This document shows positions 22,488-31,963 of a stretch of 33,471 bases of DNA, piece after piece. Origin of the DNA: a virus (taxonomy: Duplodnaviria; Caudoviricetes); the IMG/VR virus record IMGVR_UViG_3300024219_000013, positions 1 to 33,471 of that record; one strand, written 5' to 3'. Positions within the stretch are counted from its first letter, which is position 1. Each line of letters starts with the position of its first letter. The position numbers and the translations under genes were made by a program. Under the pieces are notes generated by a model. The model had not been told where the DNA came from. It saw only the letters and a program-made list of their open reading frames with translations, and did no database searches.

Positions 22488-23948
22488 ATGGCATACATCT
22501 TCGGTGATGGGTTCGATTGCTACGCTGCCGTAGGCGATACGACACTAGGATATTGGGATGGCGGATCGGTAACGAACAGCTCTTTGGTGGCTGGAAGGTT
22601 CTCTGGAGGTCAGGCGTTTCAGACGAATGCGAACGGCGTCTTTCTCATATACAAATCGTCCGGGGCTAACGATGGCATACACCACATAGTGTGCGCGTTC
22701 CGGCAGACTGCCGCATTGAGCGGCACAACGCTGGGCTTTTTCTTCCAGCTTGTGGATGGTGTCACGGGACAATGCTGTATCGTGTTCCGCAGCGACGGCA
22801 CGATCCTGCTGACCTCGGGCATCCCAAGCGGCGCCGTCCTGGCGACGTGGACTGGAGGTTTGCCTGCCGCCAATACTTGGACCGCTTATGAGTTTGAGGT
22901 GGTCATCCACAACACTGCCGGTTCATTCACCGCGCGGCGCAACGGCAACACCAGCAACGATTTCACCGCCACAAACCTGAATACGCGGACGACGGCGAAC
23001 AACTACGCCAACCGGCTTCAGACCGGGATGCAGGCGACTATTACGTCCCAGCAGTTCGATGACCTGCTGTGGCGCAGCGACGCCGCCAGCGTGCCGTTCG
23101 TGGGCGACATCCGCGCGTATACTCGCATGCCCGCGAGCGATGTGAGCGTGCAGTTCGCGCGGTCGCCCAATCCGGCGCTGGTGCCACAGACCAACGTCGC
23201 AGGAGCTGGCACAGCGTCGAAGGCGGCGAACCTGGGGATCATGTCGGCGTTTACCGCTTCGTTCGACGGCACGATCACAACGGGGACCGTGTCGGTGAAT
23301 ACCGGGGCGACCGGCAACATGAAGGTGGCAATCTATGACAGCGCTCGTGCGCTCGTGCTTGCGACCTCTAACGCCATCGTTAATCCGGTATCGGGCAACA
23401 ACACATTCACCCTGACTGCGCCGCTCACCGTGACCAAGGGAACAGTTTACTATCTGGCGGTCGATCAGGACGTCACGATCATCTACAATTCAACGACCAG
23501 CAATTACTCGTTCACTACGACCTATGCGAGTTTTCCAGCTAACAGCCCGGTCACGACAGCGGGTTCGCCTGGCCCGACTTTCGTGGTTTCACTCGTGCCG
23601 ACCAACGCCACGCTGGTTGCAGAGGCGCAGCAGGACGGCGCCACCAGCTACGTCTACTCTGCCACTACAGGCCAAAGCGACCTGTATGGCATCGCCGCAC
23701 TGGCTGCGACGCCGGTCAGCGTCGTCGCGGTGACCACCAGGGGCTACATCCAGAAATCCGACGCTGGCACACGCAACGGTGCGGTGCAGCTCAAGAGTGG
23801 TGCCACGACAGTGCAGAGCACCAGCACGGCGCTCTCGACCACGTTCGGCTGGCTCTGGCGCACTGATTCTGTCGATCCGGCCACCTCGACCGCGTGGACG
23901 CCCGTGGCGGTGAACAACGTCAACATCGGCCCAGTCTGCACGCTATGA
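22488..23948 (+). CDS. Beta-rich virion/receptor-binding protein (lectin-like)
   Basis: 'MAYIFGDGFD', 'NTW..YEFEV', 'FDDL' ConA-like pattern; Thr/Ser/Ala-rich. Confidence 0.65.
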   Translation: MAYIFGDGFDCYAAVGDTTLGYWDGGSVTNSSLVAGRFSGGQAFQTNANGVFLIYKSSGANDGIHHIVCAFRQTAALSGTTLGFFFQLVDGVTGQCCIVFRSDGTILLTSGIPSGAVLATWTGGLPAANTWTAYEFEVVIHNTAGSFTARRNGNTSNDFTATNLNTRTTANNYANRLQTGMQATITSQQFDDLLWRSDAASVPFVGDIRAYTRMPASDVSVQFARSPNPALVPQTNVAGAGTASKAANLGIMSAFTASFDGTITTGTVSVNTGATGNMKVAIYDSARALVLATSNAIVNPVSGNNTFTLTAPLTVTKGTVYYLAVDQDVTIIYNSTTSNYSFTTTYASFPANSPVTTAGSPGPTFVVSLVPTNATLVAEAQQDGATSYVYSATTGQSDLYGIAALAATPVSVVAVTTRGYIQKSDAGTRNGAVQLKSGATTVQSTSTALSTTFGWLWRTDSVDPATSTAWTPVAVNNVNIGPVCTL

Positions 23949-24160
23949 CCGACATCCAAACTACACAGATCGCCATTGAGCAGTTCGCGACTGGCACGCC
24001 CGCTGTGCAGATGACGCAGGTTGCGGTCGAGATGTGGGCCACCGTGCAGGCGACGTCAGGCACCAGCATGATTGCCTCGCAAATCTCGCTGGAGATGTGG
24101 GCGCCGGTCGTGGCTGCCGTGGTGCCCGGTAGCGACGTGCGCGTGATGGTGATGGCGTGA
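23945..24160 (+). CDS. Small virion-associated protein with three internal repeats
   Basis: TQIAIEQF / TQVAVEMW / SQISLEMW; coupled at both ends. Confidence 0.65.
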   Translation: MTDIQTTQIAIEQFATGTPAVQMTQVAVEMWATVQATSGTSMIASQISLEMWAPVVAAVVPGSDVRVMVMA

Positions 24161-25947
24161 CACGTCTGGCGATCAGTGGCGGCGCCTACGAGGCCCGCAG
24201 CGTCATCGCATCGGCACAGCGCTGCCTCAACCTGTTCGCTGAGAGCCTGCCGACCGGCAACAAATACACCGGCAGCACCGGCATCGAGGAGCCGGCGCAA
24301 TTCGCCTATTACCCGACGCCCGGTCTCCGACGCCTCAACACCCTGCCGCAGAACGGCGTGCGCGCCATCAAACAAGCCACGACCGGCGGCATCTACGCCG
24401 TAGCCGGCAGCGGCGTGTATCGCCTCGACCCGAGCACCTGGGCCGGCACTCTGCTCGGCTCCATCACGTCCGGCCACCGCACGCCCGTGTCGATGCAGGA
24501 CAACGGGCTGCAGATGGCGATTGTGGACGGCTCGCCCTACGGCTGGAGCATCGACCTCACCAACGACGCATTCGCCGCCATCAGCGATCCCACCGGGATG
24601 TTCAGCGGCGCGGACGTGGTGCAGTACCTCGACACCTATCTGCTGTTCAATAAGCCCAAGACGCCGCAATTCTACAGCAGTGACAGTCTCGCGCTGACGT
24701 TCGACCCGCTGTGGTTCGCCAACAAGCAGAGCTTCAGTGATCTGCTGGTGACGCTCGCCGTGGCCAAGCGGGAAATCTGGCTGCTTGGAGACCGGACATC
24801 CGAGGTCTGGTATAACAGCGGTAAGCCGGACTTCACGTTCGAGGAGCAGCCCGGCACGTTTGTGGATCACGGCACCTGCGCGAAATACTCCGCCGCCGTC
24901 TACGATAATTCCGTGTTCTGGCTGTCGCGCGACAGGCAGGGCCGCGGCTTCGTCATCCAGGGCGCCGGCTACCAGACCAAGCGCATCAGCACCCACGCCA
25001 TCGAGCAGGAACTGGCCGGCTACGAGACGCTGAGCGACGCCATCGGCTTCTGCTACGGTCTCTCGGGCCATGCCTTCTACGTGTTGACCTTTCCCAAGGC
25101 GGACAGGACGTGGGTTTACGACATCATCACCGGGCTGTGGCACGAATGGTGCTGGATCGACAGCAACGGCGATGAGCACCGCCACCGCGCTAATTGCTGC
25201 TATCCGGTCAACGACACCATCGTGGTCGGCGACTGGCAGAACGGCAACCTCTATGCGCTGGACCGCGATGTCTATACAGACGACGGCCAGCCGATCAAAC
25301 GGGTCAGGGCGTTTCCGCACATCCTCAACGACGGCAACCGCGTGTTCTATCGCCAGTTCGTCGCCGACATCGACACCGGCACGGGCGGCGGGGAGATCAT
25401 CGAGCAGACGCTGATCCGCACGACATTCACCGCACCGGATGGCACGCCGCTGCAGGACTACAGCAACGATGCGGATGTCGGGACGTGGGCCGTGGTGAGC
25501 GGCGCGGCACAGATCACCGGCAACGCGCTGCTCGGATCTGGCACCGCGGAGTATCGCTCGACCGCATTGATGGCAGGGCCGGATTATATCCTGACCTACA
25601 AGGCCATCCCGACAGATTACAGCATTGTGCCGACCGGCAACGTCCACGCCACGGCACGCTCCGGTTATACCGCGACGATCCGCGGCGACGGCGCGCAATA
25701 CTGGGTGGACCTCGCCGTGGTTGGCGGCTCCACCACCTCGATTGCCATGGGCACGATTCCGTCAGGCCACTACGCGGTGACGCTGCGGCTGCAGGGCGCG
25801 ACAATCACGCTCTCGGTGCAGCGCTCGTCCGATAGCCTCTGGCTGCGTGGCGATGGCGCATGGACAGCAATTGCCAGCAATGCCATCACCGTCAACGACG
25901 ACACGCATCCGGCGCCCGGACAGGTCACCATCGGGGGCACCTGGTGA
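24157..25947 (+). CDS. Tail hub / packaged-DNA stabilisation protein (P22 gp10-like), N-terminal part
   Basis: 'AQRCLNL', 'YPTPGL', propeller-like repeats, 'REIWLLG..TSEVW', 'TWVYD..TGLWHE', 'VGDWQNG.LY.LD'. Confidence 0.85.
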   Translation: MTRLAISGGAYEARSVIASAQRCLNLFAESLPTGNKYTGSTGIEEPAQFAYYPTPGLRRLNTLPQNGVRAIKQATTGGIYAVAGSGVYRLDPSTWAGTLLGSITSGHRTPVSMQDNGLQMAIVDGSPYGWSIDLTNDAFAAISDPTGMFSGADVVQYLDTYLLFNKPKTPQFYSSDSLALTFDPLWFANKQSFSDLLVTLAVAKREIWLLGDRTSEVWYNSGKPDFTFEEQPGTFVDHGTCAKYSAAVYDNSVFWLSRDRQGRGFVIQGAGYQTKRISTHAIEQELAGYETLSDAIGFCYGLSGHAFYVLTFPKADRTWVYDIITGLWHEWCWIDSNGDEHRHRANCCYPVNDTIVVGDWQNGNLYALDRDVYTDDGQPIKRVRAFPHILNDGNRVFYRQFVADIDTGTGGGEIIEQTLIRTTFTAPDGTPLQDYSNDADVGTWAVVSGAAQITGNALLGSGTAEYRSTALMAGPDYILTYKAIPTDYSIVPTGNVHATARSGYTATIRGDGAQYWVDLAVVGGSTTSIAMGTIPSGHYAVTLRLQGATITLSVQRSSDSLWLRGDGAWTAIASNAITVNDDTHPAPGQVTIGGTW

Positions 25948-27272
25948 GCATTGTCGTCACAGTTTTTGCGCCATCGGTCGCTGCCGGCGGCACCGTGGTC
26001 CTGCTCCGCAGCAATCTGCTGGCCACCGACAACAACACGCCGAAGGCGACAGACGCGCAGTTGCTGTTCACCGTGACGCTGCCGCCGTCGCATGGGTCGC
26101 TGCACCTGAGCGGCAGCCCTGCCAGTCAGTTCACGCAGCAGGACATCAACGACGGGCTGGTCACCTACACCAACAGCGGCGGGACGGCCGACAGTTTCGG
26201 CATGTTCGTGCGGGTGACGGCCACGCCGGGTGTCGCGAAGCCATACTCGCCCACGTTCACCAACTTCTCGGCACCCATGCCGGCGTCTGATGGCGGGGTG
26301 TACCTCGCCACTGCGCTCGTAGGAAGCACAGTGCCGCCCGTCTTCAATGTATTGGGCGGAATCCAGGGCGGCAGCGGGACAGGCACAACCCACTCGGCAA
26401 CCTTTACGGTCCACGCCAACACAGTCTTGGTGCTTGCGGCCTGGTCGTCTCCCATCGCTGGCGGCACGACAGGCGGCCCCGTCACCGTCACCTCGATCTC
26501 AGCCACCGGGCTGACGCTCACCCACATCGGCGGCGGCCAGATCACGACCAGTCTGTCGGGACCGGGTTACTCGTCGGTCTGGAACACCGTTGACTGGTAC
26601 TGGGCGCCCGTCTCTGCCACTGCGACGGTCACGGTCAACGTCACTTTCTCGGCGTCGTTTGCGCACAGCCTGATGATGATCGGGTTCCACGAGTTCAGTG
26701 GTGTGGCCTCAATCGCTGCGCCGTGGGATACTAACGCGGGCAACCTCGCGAGCACCGTCACTGGTAGCCTTCCCGCTACCGTCAGTCTGATGGCGGACGC
26801 GCCGGATAACCTGGTGCTGCCGGTGTTTTTCGAGATGGTGTCGGGCGATGAGATAGGCGGGATGGCCTATTCGTTTCCCGTTGGCTACCAGGCCCTGGGG
26901 CAGAGCGGCGGGACCATCGGCGTGCTCGGCGCTTACAGTCGGTTCAGCGCAGCCGCGTCGATGCCGATTGTCATCAGCGACACCCCGCCACCAGAGCCTC
27001 CATCGGTGTTCCTGTCACTGGACGACGTAGTGGTCCGCACCATCCCGACACCGCCGTGCCAGATTTTCCTAAAATACTCGGATGACCGTGGCCACTCGTT
27101 TGGATCGCCGGTTGGTCAGCCACTAGGGTCGCTGGGGGAGTATCTCACTACGGTTACCTGGAATCGTCTGGGATACGCGCGCGATCGCGTGTTTTCTTTA
27201 GAGTGGAGTTGCCCAAGGCCCACTGCCCTCCAGGGAGCTTTTGTCGTCGCGAATACCGCCGCAAAGAGTTAG
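25944..27272 (+). CDS. Cadherin-like/beta-sandwich protein ending in the C-terminal segment of the gp10-like hub
   Basis: GTGA overlap; 'L.ATD...L.FTVT.PP.HG.L......FTQQDINDGLVTY' CSPG/cadherin-like motif; C-terminal 'YSDDRGHSFG..G..GEY...V.WNRLG.ARDRVF'. Confidence 0.8.
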   Translation: MSIVVTVFAPSVAAGGTVVLLRSNLLATDNNTPKATDAQLLFTVTLPPSHGSLHLSGSPASQFTQQDINDGLVTYTNSGGTADSFGMFVRVTATPGVAKPYSPTFTNFSAPMPASDGGVYLATALVGSTVPPVFNVLGGIQGGSGTGTTHSATFTVHANTVLVLAAWSSPIAGGTTGGPVTVTSISATGLTLTHIGGGQITTSLSGPGYSSVWNTVDWYWAPVSATATVTVNVTFSASFAHSLMMIGFHEFSGVASIAAPWDTNAGNLASTVTGSLPATVSLMADAPDNLVLPVFFEMVSGDEIGGMAYSFPVGYQALGQSGGTIGVLGAYSRFSAAASMPIVISDTPPPEPPSVFLSLDDVVVRTIPTPPCQIFLKYSDDRGHSFGSPVGQPLGSLGEYLTTVTWNRLGYARDRVFSLEWSCPRPTALQGAFVVANTAAKS

Positions 27273-27888
27273 TGTAGAAGTCGGTGGCATCCTGATAGCT
27301 GATCCCATATTTCCTGGCCCGCCATGGGATTGACGGGCGGGATATGCCTAGCCGTTCTGCTGCATCCGCCACACACATGCTTTCGCCATTCAACACAACC
27401 ATAAGGTTTCGGCGCGTATTGCGTCGCTGGATTGCAACGGTCGTCCAACGGCAATTCGTGGGAGTGTAGTTTCCGTCGTTATCTATTCGATCGAGTTGAG
27501 CCTTCGGAAATGGACGCTCTCCCATATCTGTCAGGAAGTTTTCAAAGCTGTCCCACCGCGGGTCTACCGTTATGCCTCTCCCGCCGTAGTTGTTATATTC
27601 AGAACTTTTCGGGTTTCTGCACCGTTCTTTCATGTGGGTCCATGCCTTGTACGTTGGTGTCTTATACATTCCATGGCGCAGCATGCTTGGACGAGAGGCG
27701 CAGCCGCATGACGTAACCAGACCGCTCCGAAGCTTCTGGAAAAAGACCGATGTCTCTTTGCCGCATGAGCAGAGCAGAAGAGCGACACGACGCCACCCAG
27801 ATCTAGATCGCCTTTTGCCATCTAACTCCCGGACAACTGTGAGTTGTCCAAATACCTGGCCGGCGATCAATGGTATCCGCTGTCTCAT
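27154..27888 (-). CDS. Free-standing HNH-type endonuclease
   Basis: 'GQVFGQLTV', 'CSCG', 'TSCGC', 'W..MKERC', 'YGGRGI.V..RW..FENFL.DMG', 'LDRIDNDGNY.P.NCRW'; lower GC; antisense to the late operon. Confidence 0.9.
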   Translation of the reverse strand: MRQRIPLIAGQVFGQLTVVRELDGKRRSRSGWRRVALLLCSCGKETSVFFQKLRSGLVTSCGCASRPSMLRHGMYKTPTYKAWTHMKERCRNPKSSEYNNYGGRGITVDPRWDSFENFLTDMGERPFPKAQLDRIDNDGNYTPTNCRWTTVAIQRRNTRRNLMVVLNGESMCVADAAERLGISRPSIPWRARKYGISYQDATDFYTNSLRRYSRRQKLPGGQWALGNSTLKKTRDRARIPDDSR

Positions 27889-27918
27889 GGCGCTGTTATA
27901 TATCGGAATGAAACGCTA

Positions 27919-28686
27919 ATGCCACTTCCTCTGCCACCTCCGCGCATCCAATGGATTGACGCGAATGGACATCCGCTGGCGGGCGGTACAGTGCAAACAC
28001 TGGTCGTTGGGACGAGTACGCCCAAGGACACCTGGGTTGATCCGGACAAGGCCGCCGCTAACACAAATCCGGTGATACTCGACTCCGCAGGCCGCGCCAT
28101 CATCCTCGGGTCCGCCGACTACCGGCTGATCGTGCGCGATGCCGATGGAAATCTGGTGTACGACGGCTGGACCTCCACCGGCATTTCCGATGCGCTGCTG
28201 CCGTTCACCACCGCGCCGACGCTGGCCGATGCGCGCGCGCTGCTGGGCATCGAGGACGCGATCCAGGTGGAGACGGATCGTGCGCTCGCCGCCGAGGCCA
28301 ACATGCAGACGCAGATCACCGCGGAAGTTACGCGCGCAACCAACAAGGAGAACGACCTTCAGAGCCAGATCGATGCGGAGGAAGCGGCGCGGATTGCCGC
28401 GGACAATGCGCTGCAGGCGCAGATCACGACGCTCGGCGCGACGAGCCTCAAGGTTGGCACGAACGTCACCGACTCAAGCGGTCATCTCCGGGTGGACTTC
28501 CCGGCGCCGTTTCCGACTGCTACGACCGCCGTTGTGACGCAGTTGCTGAACTCCGATCTCAGCGCAGTGTGGCTGTCGGTCAACTATGACCGGTTTGGCT
28601 TCGATATCTGGTCCTCGATCCCATTGGCGGACGATGCCGTGCATCCGATCCCCGCGGCGTTCTGCTGGATCGCTACCGGCAACTGA
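27919..28686 (+). CDS. Tail appendage protein (virion-attachment N-domain, coiled coil, small C-domain)
   Basis: 'DANG.PLAGG......GT.TPK.T..D......NTNPVILDSAGRA', heptad region, 'FPAPFPT....V....W.A.G'. Confidence 0.7.
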   Translation: MPLPLPPPRIQWIDANGHPLAGGTVQTLVVGTSTPKDTWVDPDKAAANTNPVILDSAGRAIILGSADYRLIVRDADGNLVYDGWTSTGISDALLPFTTAPTLADARALLGIEDAIQVETDRALAAEANMQTQITAEVTRATNKENDLQSQIDAEEAARIAADNALQAQITTLGATSLKVGTNVTDSSGHLRVDFPAPFPTATTAVVTQLLNSDLSAVWLSVNYDRFGFDIWSSIPLADDAVHPIPAAFCWIATGN

Positions 28687-29238
28687 ATGAACGTCGCGCT
28701 CAATACGGGCGTGCCCTCGGCGCCGCTGGTCGATCCGATCAGCGGGCAGGTAACGCCGGCCTGGCGCGCGTTTTTGCTGGCGCTGTATCAGCGCACGGGC
28801 GGGGCGGTCGGGCAGTCGTCCGATACGTCGGAACTCGAGGCGCAGTTAGCGGCCGAGGAAGCGGCGCGGATTGCCGCGGATACGGGGTTGGCAACCGGCC
28901 TGGCGAGCGAGGCGACAACCCGCGCGGCCGCTGATAATGCGCTCGACACGGCGCTGGACCGCGAGGCAGCGATCCGGGCGCGGGCCGACAGCAACGAAGC
29001 GACGGCGCGGCAGAATGCCGATGCGCTGCTGGTGCCCATCGCTCAGCTCTGCAGCCTCTGGGCCGGGTGCGACCTGTCGTTCCTGCCGACAGCGGATCCG
29101 GGCAACGGGATGCCGTGGCTCGACGGCACGCACATCGCGGTGGGCACATCGGCATCGGCTGTCGTCGGCATCGGGAAAGAGGATGGCACCGGGCGCTGGG
29201 GCCTGGAGGACGGCACTGGCGGCTGGACGTGGGGGTGA
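28687..29238 (+). CDS. Coiled-coil tail protein (needle-like)
   Basis: 'PLVDPISG.VTPAWR.F...L..RTGG' then E...R..AD repeats. Confidence 0.65.
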   Translation: MNVALNTGVPSAPLVDPISGQVTPAWRAFLLALYQRTGGAVGQSSDTSELEAQLAAEEAARIAADTGLATGLASEATTRAAADNALDTALDREAAIRARADSNEATARQNADALLVPIAQLCSLWAGCDLSFLPTADPGNGMPWLDGTHIAVGTSASAVVGIGKEDGTGRWGLEDGTGGWTWG

Positions 29239-29241
29239 GCA

Positions 29242-30600
29242 TTGGCCGACACAAAGATTAGTGCGGGCGCAGATCCCGGCACGCTGACGGCGACCGACAA
29301 GCTGCCGCTGGCGCGCAGTGCATCGACCACAGCCTATGCCGCGACGATGGCCGAGATCGCCAGCTACGCGAATACCGCATATACGCCGAACTACAGCGCG
29401 GCGGCGCCGATCATGGACGGCACGGCGGCTCCTGGCGTGGCTGCAGCGGTCTCGCGCGGCGATCACATCCATCCGTCCGACCTCACCCGCGCACCGCTCG
29501 CCTCACCGACCTTCACCGGCACGCCGGCGGCACCCACCCCGACGACCGGCGACAGCACCACACGCATTGCCACCACGGCCTTCGTGCAGGCGCAGATGGT
29601 GGCGTCGGGCGCTGGTGTCAGCACATGGAACACGCGGGCCGGTGCGGTGGTGCTGCAGCAGGCCGACATCGCGGCGGTGGGGGCGCTGCACGACGACGGG
29701 CGCAACCTCATCGATAACGGATGTTTCAACGTCGCGCAGCGTGGCGCGGGGTCGTTCACAGTGAGCGGCGGCTACACAGCAGACCGCTGGCTGATGGCGT
29801 TTGCGAATGGTTCCGCGAGTGTTGGCGTTGGCGCTGCGTCCGATGCAAACCGCGCGTCGGTTGGTGATGAGGCATTCCAATATTTCCTCTACAATAACTT
29901 CACCGGCAGCGCGACCGGCGGCTCTTTCTGTCAGCTATGGCAGCGCATCGAGAACGTGCGTCGGCTTGCAGGCAAGACTGTCACCGTCAGCTTCTACGCC
30001 GCAACGGGAACGGCGGGATTTAAATTAGGCGTGGTGATGGCTAATAATTATGGCACGGGCGGGTCGCCATCTGCTCCTGATTACACAGCATCGCAATCGG
30101 TGACGCTGACCACGGCATGGGGACCGCGCTACAGCCTTACATTCACCGTGCCGTCTGCCAGTGGCAAAACTTTCGGCACCACTGCGGGGACTGACTACAC
30201 GCTGCTGTCATTCGAGTATTCCAATCCATCCGGCGTTGGCGTGCAGTCCGGTAACATCACACTCTGGGGAGTACAGCTAGAGATCGGTAGCGTTGCCACG
30301 CCGCTGGATTACGGCGGCAAACCGCAGCAACAGCTCGCCGCCTGCCAGCGGTTCTATCAGACGGGCAACGTGGGAGTTTGGGGAAATGGGGCAGCGGGTT
30401 CTTGGATTGGAGCACACAGACCTTTTGTTGTCCGAATGCGTGCAGTGCCAACATTAAGTTTTTCCAACCCAGTATTATCAAATTGCTCTGGGATGACGGC
30501 GTATGGCGTCGGGCAAGATGACATGATCCCGTATGCAGTTGTCACGGCGACAGGGGCGACTAGTTATTTCTCCAACTTTACTGCCAGCGCGGACCTCTGA
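29242..30600 (+). CDS. Tail fibre with a carbohydrate-binding-like domain
   Basis: 'SRGDHIHP', 'APLASPTFTGTPAAPT...IATTAFV', 'RNLIDNG.F.VAQRG', 'YTADRW', 'GVQLEIGSVAT', 'CQRFYQ', 'MRAVPT'. Confidence 0.85.
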   Translation: MADTKISAGADPGTLTATDKLPLARSASTTAYAATMAEIASYANTAYTPNYSAAAPIMDGTAAPGVAAAVSRGDHIHPSDLTRAPLASPTFTGTPAAPTPTTGDSTTRIATTAFVQAQMVASGAGVSTWNTRAGAVVLQQADIAAVGALHDDGRNLIDNGCFNVAQRGAGSFTVSGGYTADRWLMAFANGSASVGVGAASDANRASVGDEAFQYFLYNNFTGSATGGSFCQLWQRIENVRRLAGKTVTVSFYAATGTAGFKLGVVMANNYGTGGSPSAPDYTASQSVTLTTAWGPRYSLTFTVPSASGKTFGTTAGTDYTLLSFEYSNPSGVGVQSGNITLWGVQLEIGSVATPLDYGGKPQQQLAACQRFYQTGNVGVWGNGAAGSWIGAHRPFVVRMRAVPTLSFSNPVLSNCSGMTAYGVGQDDMIPYAVVTATGATSYFSNFTASADL

Positions 30601-30608
30601 GGTAACCC

Positions 30609-30926
30609 ATGGAACTCGTATACACGAACGTAGAGCAGACCTCGATCCAGGCGACGCTCGACGATAAGGAGACGCTTGGCAATCTCACCGGCCCCCGCGT
30701 GTTTTTCGTGCCAGTGGACGAAAGCAACGCCGAATACGCCGAGATCCTCGCCGCCGGCATGAAGGTCGAGGAATACGTGGCGCCGACACCGCCACCGCCG
30801 ACGCCTGTGGATCTGCCTCCAGTGATGCCCACCGAGCCGCAGCAGGCCGCACCCAAGGCGTATGTGGACACAGAAATCGCGGCACTCGCGGCTCGCCTCG
30901 AGGCGCTGGAGGCCAGGCTCGGGTGA
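30609..30926 (+). CDS. Putative tail-fibre assembly/chaperone protein
   Basis: Directly after the fibre gene; 'VPVDESNAEYAEI' motif; GAGG RBS. Confidence 0.55.
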   Translation: MELVYTNVEQTSIQATLDDKETLGNLTGPRVFFVPVDESNAEYAEILAAGMKVEEYVAPTPPPPTPVDLPPVMPTEPQQAAPKAYVDTEIAALAARLEALEARLG

Positions 30927-31963
30927 CACCGCCTTTCGTGGTGCTCAGCCTGCCGCGCAGCCGGTCGGCTTGGTTGGCACACTGGCTGGCCGGTGTGGCG
31001 CAGATGCCAGTCGGGCACGACCTGGCTATCGAGGCGGACAGCATCGATCAGTGGCTCGGCCAGGTGGCGCGCGGCTATCGCGGAACGTGCGAGACTGGTG
31101 CGGTTGAGGTGTGGCCTATCCTACGCCGTTCAATCCCGACCTGCCGCATCATAACCGTGCATCGGCCACTGGGGGCGGTGTGCGCCTCACTGAGGGCGGC
31201 TGGCTATGAGCCGCCTATGGACGACCTGACACGTCGGAGCGCCGCCCTTGAGCGTCTGGCGGGGCAGGCTGGGGTGATGGCGTTCCCGTTCGATGCACTG
31301 AACGACCCGCGCTGGTGCGCCGTGCTGCAGGAGCATGCGCTAGGAATGCCGTTCGACTGGCCGACGTGGCGCGAGGCGTCGGATCTCAACGTGCAAGTAA
31401 AGCGGGACGTGCGATTGGCCCGGCTGGCCGAGCGTCGTCCGCAGATCGAGCGACTTCGTGCTGAGTTGATTGACCGCCTGGCGGAGCACCGGCCGTTCGT
31501 GTCAGTCGGTGAGGAACGGTGGGCGGATGTGGCCGACGAATGCGAGCGTCTCGGTGCTGTGCATCATGCCGAGGCAACGGCTGGTGTTGAGGGCGCATTC
31601 CGGCTCAATCGCGAAGCTATGCAGCAGCTTGCTGATGCCGGGTTATGGCGGGTGTTTGTGGCGCGCGTCGATGGGACGCTGGCCGGTTATTGCTGCTGGA
31701 CGCACGAGACAAACCTGGAGGCGGCTGCGCCGAAGACCATGGCGCATGGGCCGTTCTATGTGTCGCCTGAGTATGCACGTCACAAGCTGGGCATGGGACT
31801 CCTGCGTGCAGCCAGCGATGTGCTGACGGCGGAGGGCTACCGGGTGTTGCGGCTGCATCACACGATGCACGGGCGTGGAGCGCGGGCTGGGCGGCTCTAC
31901 GAGGCGTTGGGGGCGGTCGAGTATCAGCGTGAATATATCTGGAGGGTAGGGGCAGATGCCTAG
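30923..31963 (+). CDS. Sulfotransferase/P-loop-like domain fused to a GNAT acetyltransferase
   Basis: N-terminal 'FVVLSLPRSRSAWLAHWL...HD'; C-terminal 'FVARVDG.LAGY', 'FYVSPEY....LG..LL', 'LYEALG'. Confidence 0.7.
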   Translation: MTPPFVVLSLPRSRSAWLAHWLAGVAQMPVGHDLAIEADSIDQWLGQVARGYRGTCETGAVEVWPILRRSIPTCRIITVHRPLGAVCASLRAAGYEPPMDDLTRRSAALERLAGQAGVMAFPFDALNDPRWCAVLQEHALGMPFDWPTWREASDLNVQVKRDVRLARLAERRPQIERLRAELIDRLAEHRPFVSVGEERWADVADECERLGAVHHAEATAGVEGAFRLNREAMQQLADAGLWRVFVARVDGTLAGYCCWTHETNLEAAAPKTMAHGPFYVSPEYARHKLGMGLLRAASDVLTAEGYRVLRLHHTMHGRGARAGRLYEALGAVEYQREYIWRVGADA

